A DNA stretch of 13,427 nt from a virus (lineage: Duplodnaviria > Heunggongvirae > Uroviricota > Caudoviricetes), in the IMG/VR virus record IMGVR_UViG_3300021142_000006. One strand, given 5' to 3'. Shown here one piece after another: positions 1 to 6,247 of this stretch. Numbering within the stretch: the stretch's first letter is position 1; each line of letters opens with the position of its first letter. The notes under the pieces are model-generated. The model saw only the letters and a list, made by a program, of their open reading frames with translations. It made no database searches and was not told the origin of the DNA. Both the position numbers and the translations under genes were made by a program.

Positions 1-56
1 GTTCTGTCGTATTTGTTAATATCTAAAAGGACTATTTTTACTTTTGGTTGTTCCAT
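1..56 (-). CDS. hypothetical protein, 5' part only (MEQPKVKIVLLDINKYDR...), runs off left edge
   Basis: ATG at 56 directly after the repeated promoter/leader at 57-110; open to the window edge. Confidence 0.75.
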   Translation of the reverse strand, partial: MEQPKVKIVLLDINKYDR

Positions 57-72
57 AATTGTTTTGTTTCAG

Positions 73-104
73 CAAAGGTAATTCATTATTTTTAAACCAC
101 CAAA
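73..104 (-). promoter_or_regulatory. Bacteroidota-type promoter P1
   Basis: minus strand TTTG-N20-TACCTTTG, then A-rich leader to ATG 56. Confidence 0.8.
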
Positions 105-120
105 TTTATTTTTATTATTG

Positions 121-202
121 TAGTCAGGACAGGATTCGAACCTGCATACCTTTGAGGGGTCTCGTTCCCAACACCAACCGTCACCAATTGCGCCACCTGA
201 CT
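121..202 (-). tRNA. tRNA-like gene: Leu-type (class II) body with UGG (Pro) anticodon, partly degenerate
   Basis: 7-bp acceptor AGTCAGG/CCTGACT + A73; T-arm GCAGG-TTCGAAT-CCTGT; D-loop AATTGG; 15-nt variable region; loop GTTGGGA (anticodon at 168-170); imperfect anticodon stem; no encoded CCA. Confidence 0.75.
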
Positions 203-209
203 ATTTTAA

Positions 210-255
210 TCAGCCACCGCCACATGATGTTTCCATTGCATGTATTGGTGACTGA
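210..255 (-). ncRNA. GAAA-tetraloop stem-loop between promoter P2 and the tRNA-like gene
   Basis: TCAGTCACC/GGTGGCTGA outer stem (one G-U, possible only on the minus strand), ACATG/CATGT and ATG-GAAA-CAT inner stems. Confidence 0.5.
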
Positions 256-267
256 AATTTCTTATTG

Positions 268-299
268 CAAATATACAACACTATTTTGAACTTTCCAAA
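268..299 (-). promoter_or_regulatory. Bacteroidota-type promoter P2 (tRNA unit)
   Basis: TTTG-N20-TATATTTG; 41 bp (266-306) identical to 620-660. Confidence 0.8.
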
Positions 300-305
300 T
301 TTATT

Positions 306-599
306 TTACCATCTTTGTAAGAATTTTACTTTTGTTTTAATCCAATCAAGTATTTGCCCTGCATAATAACTTGTGGTTAAGTCATTCAGATAATCGTCCA
401 ACTTGCGTTCAGCTGAACTATAATCAATTGGTACTTCAAGTCTATCCCATTCCTTTGCTTTGCTTTGGTTGGAGGACTTTGAGGTACCTTTGCTCATATC
501 CCAATTCTTTGCAATTACCTTTACTTGGGTTTTAGTGGTTTCAACGGTAATTACACCGCCCTTACATAGCTCTCCGAGCTTCCAGCTTTTTGTTGCCAT
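306..599 (-). CDS. hypothetical phage protein (97 aa, MATKSWKLGE...)
   Basis: ORF track 306..635 trimmed to the ATG after the promoter leader; stop abuts the next promoter repeat. Confidence 0.8.
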   Translation of the reverse strand: MATKSWKLGELCKGGVITVETTKTQVKVIAKNWDMSKGTSKSSNQSKAKEWDRLEVPIDYSSAERKLDDYLNDLTTSYYAGQILDWIKTKVKFLQRW

Positions 600-621
600 T
601 GTTATTGTTGTTTTGTTTCTG

Positions 622-653
622 CAAATATACAACACTATTTTGAACTTTCCAAA
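622..653 (-). promoter_or_regulatory. Bacteroidota-type promoter P3
   Basis: TTTG-N20-TATATTTG + AAACAAAACAAC leader. Confidence 0.85.
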
Positions 654-658
654 TTTAT

Positions 659-919
659 TTACAATTTATTATGTATGAAAATAGGTTTGCCGAATTTCAT
701 CATAATATCGCCATAGGTAACATTGGTTGTATTTAAATCCCCCAAACCTCTATAATCCAAACATTGTTGTAATAATGTTTCGTCAAGATTTTCCTTTGGT
801 GGATAACGTAAAATAACATTACGTTTTGGGCTATATGCTATTGCAATACTGTTAAAGCATTTAACTTTAAATGTTTCATCGCCAAAATCCTCTAATGTAA
901 TTTCTCTCTCAATAACCAT
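659..919 (-). CDS. hypothetical protein (86 aa)
   Basis: ORF track; stop abuts P3 repeat; overlaps the upstream gene end. Confidence 0.75.
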   Translation of the reverse strand: MVIEREITLEDFGDETFKVKCFNSIAIAYSPKRNVILRYPPKENLDETLLQQCLDYRGLGDLNTTNVTYGDIMMKFGKPIFIHNKL

Positions 920-1104
920 CTTTGTTTTGGTTGTCGGTAGGTAATATCACCAACGGTATTGGAATTTCCACCACAATAATCACAATGCAATGATACATAT
1001 ATTTCGGTATCTATTGGCATTTGGTCGTCATTAGTTGCCAACGGTTGGTGGTCAATAATTTTAACTTGGTCGGAGCTACATAGTGGGCAGTAAAGTACTT
1101 TCAT
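892..1104 (-). CDS. small Zn-ribbon protein (70 aa)
   Basis: CPLC and CDYC pairs; start trimmed to MKVLY after P4 leader. Confidence 0.75.
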   Translation of the reverse strand: MKVLYCPLCSSDQVKIIDHQPLATNDDQMPIDTEIYVSLHCDYCGGNSNTVGDITYRQPKQRWLLREKLH

Positions 1105-1125
1105 GTTATTGTTGTTTTGTTTCTG

Positions 1126-1157
1126 CAAAGATAAGTAAGTTTATTTAAACCACCAAA
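1126..1157 (-). promoter_or_regulatory. Bacteroidota-type promoter P4
   Basis: TTTG-N20-TATCTTTG; 1108-1166 matches 1636-1694 at 58/59 nt. Confidence 0.85.
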
Positions 1158-1163
1158 TTTATT

Positions 1164-1637
1164 TTAAAATCTTTTTCTGAACCCCTCTCGCTCCATAAGA
1201 TATATAATATCTTTTAATATGTTATTTAGGTTGGTATCGTTACGTTGAAATGGTATTCTAAAATCAACGTAACCATGTTTTTTATCAGTAAAACCGCTAT
1301 CGGCTGTTGTACCATTTTCTTTGTATTTTTCATACAGTTCACCCAAAAACCTATTACCAGTAAGTTTTTCATTTTTATAATAATAATAGCCATAACTTTT
1401 TGTACGAAAAGTAATGCCATTTTTATTGGCATTGAAATATTGTGAATAGATTTTATAAATCGGACTTACCTTCATGCTTATTAAGCTATAGTCTGTACCA
1501 TCCTCAATTATATGATTGGTATGAAAGACCTGGGATAAATCATTAATGAGTTTCATGGCAAATTCCTTATTTGCCTTTGTTTCGTTAATGGCTGAAAGTT
1601 TATCAGCATTCATTGCTTGTAAAAATAGATTTTCCAT
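1164..1637 (-). CDS. hypothetical protein (157 aa)
   Basis: ORF exactly fills the space between repeats P5 and P4. Confidence 0.85.
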   Translation of the reverse strand: MENLFLQAMNADKLSAINETKANKEFAMKLINDLSQVFHTNHIIEDGTDYSLISMKVSPIYKIYSQYFNANKNGITFRTKSYGYYYYKNEKLTGNRFLGELYEKYKENGTTADSGFTDKKHGYVDFRIPFQRNDTNLNNILKDIIYLMEREGFRKRF

Positions 1638-1653
1638 TGTTGTTTTGTTTCTG

Positions 1654-1685
1654 CAAAGATAAATAAGTTTATTTAAACCACCAAA
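1654..1685 (-). promoter_or_regulatory. Bacteroidota-type promoter P5
   Basis: TTTG-N20-TATCTTTG + leader. Confidence 0.85.
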
Positions 1686-1696
1686 TTTATTTTAGT

Positions 1697-1926
1697 CTAT
1701 TTATTATAATTTGGTACTTTGAATATAATGTTATTAACCATAATAACTTTACCAATCAAGTCATCAATAAAATAGCCTCTATTATATTTGTCATAAAATC
1801 TTTGGTCATCACTCCAATCTTCTGGTTTATTAAGCAGGTCATATGTTTCTTTGGAATTGTAGCGGTCTTCTCTACCCCAATTATCAATGGTTTCAATTCA
1901 ATCGGTAATTTCGATAATTTACTCAT
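1697..1926 (-). pseudogene. frameshifted small CDS (MSKLSKLPIELK / TIDNWGREDRY...VPNYNK)
   Basis: ATG 1926 overlaps the upstream stop; a protein-like startless frame 1897-1697 lies in the -1 frame and ends next to P5. Confidence 0.55.
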
Positions 1927-2506
1927 AATCAATTTTTCCGCAACGGATTGTATTTGTCGGCTGTTCAAACCAACCAAAGTAACATTCACCATAAGTTAAA
2001 CCAATCTCTTCTTGGAATAAAATTTTACCTTCATCTTCATCATCCACCCATGTTGTATTGTCATATCGATTAATATAAAAACCATTGTCATTTGCCATTT
2101 CAAGTTCATTATCAATAAGGTCATTATATTGTTCAATAGCTTGTTTTTCATTCCAAAATGATATTGTGCTTTCATCCACATACTCGCTGAAATCGGCAAC
2201 GTAATGGGTAACATCATCATTCACTTTGGCTGAACCAATTTGGTAACAATGATTAACCTCACCAATTAATTCATCCAAAGCAACATTCTCCCCACCATTG
2301 AACCGCCACATACTAACATTGCCCTTGGCATCTAATGTAGGAAAATAAACTTCACCCTCGACAAGTTGTTCATCCAAACAAACCTTTAACAATGGGTTTG
2401 TTACGGCAATGAAATAATCTCTTGCTTTGGCTGAACTATCAAAGAATAAAACCTCACTATCACCAGTAAGGTGCTTTGTTATCATAACGTAGTGCAATGT
2501 TTTCAT
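1919..2506 (-). CDS. hypothetical acidic protein (195 aa)
   Basis: ORF track; ATG follows P6 leader. Confidence 0.85.
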   Translation of the reverse strand: MKTLHYVMITKHLTGDSEVLFFDSSAKARDYFIAVTNPLLKVCLDEQLVEGEVYFPTLDAKGNVSMWRFNGGENVALDELIGEVNHCYQIGSAKVNDDVTHYVADFSEYVDESTISFWNEKQAIEQYNDLIDNELEMANDNGFYINRYDNTTWVDDEDEGKILFQEEIGLTYGECYFGWFEQPTNTIRCGKIDYE

Positions 2507-2522
2507 TGTCGTTTTGTTTTTG

Positions 2523-2554
2523 CAAAGATAAATAACAATATTTAAACCACCAAA
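2523..2554 (-). promoter_or_regulatory. Bacteroidota-type promoter P6
   Basis: TTTG-N20-TATCTTTG + leader. Confidence 0.85.
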
Positions 2555-2578
2555 TTTATTAAAATAAGTAGTTTTTAT

Positions 2579-2920
2579 TTATAATGAATTTCCTGTACCT
2601 TTATAAATTAAAGTAATTACATTTCTTGGTATATTATCGTATGTAACAACACACTTATTATCACACTCCTTATCCCTAAACCATTCATTATTAATCAATG
2701 AGCAGTCAATTAACCAAACATCATCATCAAATGTACTATCATACGAATTGTCAATGTTACCAAATATTGCAGGTGGTTCGGTATTTTCAGGTGAATGGCA
2801 ACTATAACTATCACCTTTCATCACCATCAACCCAAACCTCTCAATATCCATTCTAAAGATTGGATTAGATTTATGATACACTAATAATGGTGTAACTTTA
2901 TCACCTTTATGTTTTAACAT
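2579..2920 (-). CDS. putative ADP-ribosyltransferase-fold (Tpt1/KptA-like) protein (113 aa)
   Basis: VYHKS...I...GL N-terminal motif, VWLID strand, VVTYDNIP...I C-terminal motif, recalled from ART/KptA-like families. Confidence 0.55.
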   Translation of the reverse strand: MLKHKGDKVTPLLVYHKSNPIFRMDIERFGLMVMKGDSYSCHSPENTEPPAIFGNIDNSYDSTFDDDVWLIDCSLINNEWFRDKECDNKCVVTYDNIPRNVITLIYKGTGNSL

Positions 2921-2943
2921 ACTGCAAAGTTATTTTGTTGTTG

Positions 2944-2975
2944 CAAAGATAAGTAAGAATATTCAAACCACCAAA
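2944..2975 (-). promoter_or_regulatory. Bacteroidota-type promoter P7 with a second -7 box (TAACTTTG, 2925-2932) downstream
   Basis: TTTG-N20-TATCTTTG. Confidence 0.8.
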
Positions 2976-3068
2976 TTTATTAAAAAAATGGATAGGCTAT
3001 TAACCAAAAAGTATTTCTTTTGTATGACTTTTACTTAATATTAAACTATTTATATAAAACTAATAAAC

Positions 3069-3239
3069 ATGAGAAAGAAACTTAACGAAAACGAAAAGAA
3101 ACAACCCATTAGCATTAAAGTTGACCCTATCCTATTTGATGAACTGAACAAGATTAAAAACAAATCTAAATACATTGAATATCTAATATATCAAGATATG
3201 AAAAATAAAAATGTTATTAAACAAGATATAATATTATGA
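3069..3239 (+). CDS. small ribbon-helix-helix-like DNA-binding protein (56 aa; not in ORF track)
   Basis: MRKKLNENEKKQPISIKVDPILFDELNKIKNKSKYIEYLIYQDMKNKNVIKQDIIL; ISIKV strand + helix + NKSKYIE helix; ATGA overlap with the next gene. Confidence 0.7.
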   Translation: MRKKLNENEKKQPISIKVDPILFDELNKIKNKSKYIEYLIYQDMKNKNVIKQDIIL

Positions 3240-3868
3240 TATGTACTAAATGTGCTGTGGATCAACCAGCTAATTCTTTTTATAGAAAAAAATCTTCAAG
3301 TACTGGGTATTCAAAAATTTGTAAGTCCTGTGAATTGGCAGGTAAGAGAGAATATTATAAAGCAAATAAGATTGATATTCTTGAAAAGCAAAAAAAAGAT
3401 AATAACCGAAAAGAATACATGCGTAATTATATGCGTGAGAAACACCCACGTAAAACCGAACGAAGAGTAAGGTTTAGATTTGAATATGATGGTGCTCCGA
3501 ACTCATCAAAATATATTTCAGCCAGACGAAAAGTTGATCCTCTATTTAGGTTTAAATTAAATATAAAAGATAGTGTACGGAAAGCATTAAAAAAGAACGG
3601 ATATAAAAAGAATAGTAAAACTTTTGATATAATTGGTTGTACCTTTGAGGAATTCAAAACACATATTGAATCTCTTTGGGAATCATGGATGACCTGGGAG
3701 AATTACGGTTTATATAAAAAGGGGGAATATAATGTCGGTTGGGATATTGATCACATTGAACCTCTTTCCTCGGCTATAAATGAAGAAGGTGTAATAGCTT
3801 TAAACCATTACACCAATCTTCAACCCTTATGCTCTAAGGTAAATCGTGATGAAAAGAAAGCAAATTAA
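3236..3868 (+). CDS. HNH-type (homing-like) endonuclease with N-terminal Zn finger (210 aa)
   Basis: CTKC...CKSC, basic linker, WENYG...WDIDHIEPL...HYTNLQPL...N motif. Confidence 0.8.
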   Translation: MICTKCAVDQPANSFYRKKSSSTGYSKICKSCELAGKREYYKANKIDILEKQKKDNNRKEYMRNYMREKHPRKTERRVRFRFEYDGAPNSSKYISARRKVDPLFRFKLNIKDSVRKALKKNGYKKNSKTFDIIGCTFEEFKTHIESLWESWMTWENYGLYKKGEYNVGWDIDHIEPLSSAINEEGVIALNHYTNLQPLCSKVNRDEKKAN

Positions 3869-3876
3869 CATTCTTA

Positions 3877-4563
3877 TTAACTTTCGGCAACCAATAAGGT
3901 TCGGTACTCTTCCTCGGTCAAATGCCTCGGTTCGCAAAATCTATTTTCCTTTGGCTTAACCAATATGCAATCACCTTGTCGGATAATCTTTTCAATGTTG
4001 TCCTTCTCAATATTCACTTGCATTGTCCATGCAATGGCTTGTATGGCATTTACCATTTTTGGGGTGAAATAAGCAAAGTTTAAATAACCTTTGTTTACAT
4101 CATAATTTGTTCGGTACACATCTTGAATATCAACCCATATCATGTATTGTCTATCGGTAGATGTATCTTTGAACTTCACAAAATGACAAGGTTGCATTTT
4201 CTGCCAATCTTTTAACCCCTCACTAAGATATTCGCCTGAAACCTCAAACAATTCATAGGTATCATCAAAGGTAACAGTTTCCAATTCACCCTTTGAATTT
4301 ATCCATGTTGTTTTTTTCTTAATTGTTTGTCGGTCAATTAATTCTGGCTGAATTTGCTCAACCAACCTTTCCAAACCTAAACATAACATACCAACTCGTC
4401 TATGTTCAAGGTTTTCAAACTTTGCAATCTCGGCAAAGGTCATGGGCTTAATATCATTCCAAAATTCAGCCAAACTTGGAAAAGGACATTCAGTATGCTT
4501 TAGTTTAAGCAATCGGCAACCCTCATCATAAGGGAAAGTTATATTATCTATTACAATTTTCAT
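3877..4563 (-). CDS. DUF6745-like protein (228 aa) with C-terminal RQGD motif
   Basis: EN.EHRR..M..LG.ER, D.ST.RQY..WV, A.QAIAWT motifs recalled from DUF6745-type proteins. Confidence 0.6.
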   Translation of the reverse strand: MKIVIDNITFPYDEGCRLLKLKHTECPFPSLAEFWNDIKPMTFAEIAKFENLEHRRVGMLCLGLERLVEQIQPELIDRQTIKKKTTWINSKGELETVTFDDTYELFEVSGEYLSEGLKDWQKMQPCHFVKFKDTSTDRQYMIWVDIQDVYRTNYDVNKGYLNFAYFTPKMVNAIQAIAWTMQVNIEKDNIEKIIRQGDCILVKPKENRFCEPRHLTEEEYRTLLVAES

Positions 4564-4577
4564 ATATATTTGTTGTT

Positions 4578-5228
4578 TTAATCTTTTTTGAAAACAGTTA
4601 CATTATAGTCAATGGATATTGTTAATTCGTTACCTTGCAAAGTTAATTCAGCAGTATCGGCATGGTTATCAATTTGTGTGCTAAAGGTAAACCAATCCTC
4701 TAATTCACCATCTAATTCGTCTTTAGGTTCAAAGGTACGGACAAAATCCCATAACTTATCTTCAAGGTCTTTAAGCATGGCTTCTTCTTCATCGGTCATA
4801 ATGAAATCATGCTTAAAGTTAGTGGTTACAGAGCCATCACCGCCATTAATATTATTCACATGCTCGGCAAGGAATTTGGCTTCTTCTTCAGTCAAAGTAT
4901 ATATTGTTTCTTCTGTACCGCTTTCACTATACTCATATTCGGTATCTTTGGAAAAGGTGAAATCGTCTTCCTCGTCATTCAGTTGAACATTAACTGTGCC
5001 GCTTTCACCGTTATAGTGTCCATCGGAATTTACATAAAATTCCACATCATTATAAACTCGTTCATCAAGGTAATCCTTAATCACATCATCTTTTATCACT
5101 TCACCCTCTTTGTCAAGCAATTCCCATTCGGTATTGCCCATGCTATCACCGCCACAAGAAAAAATAAAGTTAGCTTGTTCTATGCCCTTTTCTTTCCATA
5201 GGGCTATTACTGTTTCTAAGTTTTTCAT
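4578..5228 (-). CDS. DUF6878-like very acidic protein (216 aa)
   Basis: FSCGGDSMG and NSDGHYNGESGTV motifs; GGDS/GGDG-like motif occurs twice. Confidence 0.55.
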   Translation of the reverse strand: MKNLETVIALWKEKGIEQANFIFSCGGDSMGNTEWELLDKEGEVIKDDVIKDYLDERVYNDVEFYVNSDGHYNGESGTVNVQLNDEEDDFTFSKDTEYEYSESGTEETIYTLTEEEAKFLAEHVNNINGGDGSVTTNFKHDFIMTDEEEAMLKDLEDKLWDFVRTFEPKDELDGELEDWFTFSTQIDNHADTAELTLQGNELTISIDYNVTVFKKD

Positions 5229-5235
5229 TATTTTG

Positions 5236-5631
5236 TTATTGTTTTATTGTTTCCAAAAATTGTTCCGCAATCTTAATACTCTCAGGATTATCAATTACCT
5301 TAACCCCATTGTGCATCCAAGGCTGTAATACCATGTGCTGTAAATAGTCCTGTGGTGTTGGGATAAACTTTCCTCTAAAATCCTCGGCAATGTGCAACAT
5401 GGCAATATCTACCGTATCAACACTTTTACCATCAGAATTGACAATATTGTAGCCAAATATCTTAGGTATGATAGTGTAGGCAAACCATGTGTTATGGGTT
5501 AGCATACGACTTGAATTGTTATTCATAGCCACCTTTGGGCTGTCAAGTAAAATATGAATATCCATGTAATCAGATATTTTACCACCAAATCTTTTAACGC
5601 TGGATTTTGCGTGAATTTCAGGATTTGCCAT
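5236..5631 (-). CDS. DUF6915-like His-rich protein (131 aa)
   Basis: MANP.IHA.SS.KRFGG...DY..IH...D, R..TH, H..ED....IPT..DYL pattern. Confidence 0.7.
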   Translation of the reverse strand: MANPEIHAKSSVKRFGGKISDYMDIHILLDSPKVAMNNNSSRMLTHNTWFAYTIIPKIFGYNIVNSDGKSVDTVDIAMLHIAEDFRGKFIPTPQDYLQHMVLQPWMHNGVKVIDNPESIKIAEQFLETIKQ

Positions 5632-5668
5632 TGTTGTTTTGTTTTGCTTTGGTTAAAGAAAGAATTTG

Positions 5669-5932
5669 TTAATCCCAAATAGTTGAAACAGTTTGTTTGA
5701 ATGGGTTATACTCAACTTGTCTGCCCATACTCCAATTACCTTTTTCAACCTTTAAGGTATTGTGTTCGGCAAATTTGCCATTGGGTTCTTCGTGTCTTAG
5801 CTGACTGTCCTCGTTAACAGTAACCTCGCTAAAATGTGTGTGGTCATCGGCAACATTAATGTTACCATACAATGTGTGCATGTTAGCACCTTCCCCTTTT
5901 AGGATAGTGTGTTGTTTTTTGTTTTTTTTCAT
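5669..5932 (-). CDS. small beta-rich His-containing partner of DUF6745-like genes (87 aa)
   Basis: GEG...H, L.HE, H..L...G.W...RQ.EY.P.....D pattern. Confidence 0.65.
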   Translation of the reverse strand: MKKNKKQHTILKGEGANMHTLYGNINVADDHTHFSEVTVNEDSQLRHEEPNGKFAEHNTLKVEKGNWSMGRQVEYNPFKQTVSTIWD

Positions 5933-5952
5933 TTTGAATGATTTAGTTTTAG

Positions 5953-5983
5953 CAAAGGTAATAATTAGTTTTGAAATAACAAA
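5953..5983 (-). promoter_or_regulatory. Bacteroidota-type promoter P8 (drives the four-gene module)
   Basis: TTTG-N19-TACCTTTG. Confidence 0.75.
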
Positions 5984-5989
5984 TAAAAA

Positions 5990-6015
5990 AACACATATTT
6001 CTAAAAATATGTGTT
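5990..6015. promoter_or_regulatory. 26-bp palindrome AACACATATTT-CTAA-AAATATGTGTT (candidate operator; AT-rich terminator is the alternative)
   Basis: perfect 11-bp inverted repeat; 23/26 identical to 12140-12165. Confidence 0.5.
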
Positions 6016-6247
6016 ATAGGTGTGTTGAATAACCACAATTAAGACATTCTATATAAGGTTTACCACCGTTCTGTTGCTGTTGTACTGAAAGAATAACCCA
6101 GGATCCACAATCACAATCAGGACAATTTGATTCAGGTAAACGTTCCTCCAATGTGGGCAATTGTTTTTGGTTTGGGTAAACGTGAGCAATAACTTTATCA
6201 GCTGGTATTTCTTTTAGTACGGATTGGAAAAATCTTGGCTTAGTCAT
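6014..6247 (-). CDS. Zn-ribbon protein (77 aa)
   Basis: CPDC and CLNC pairs. Confidence 0.75.
   Translation of the reverse strand: MTKPRFFQSVLKEIPADKVIAHVYPNQKQLPTLEERLPESNCPDCDCGSWVILSVQQQQNGGKPYIECLNCGYSTHL

Noticed and set aside
3047-3054. TATTTATA as a T4-like late promoter (TATAAATA)
   Set aside because: It is the reverse complement relative to the adjacent gene and a single occurrence in AT-rich DNA, so not supportable from this window.
4578-5228. Specific DNA-mimic/anti-restriction (Ocr/ArdA) call for the acidic protein
   Set aside because: Acidity alone is not diagnostic, and no Ocr/ArdA motif was recognised.
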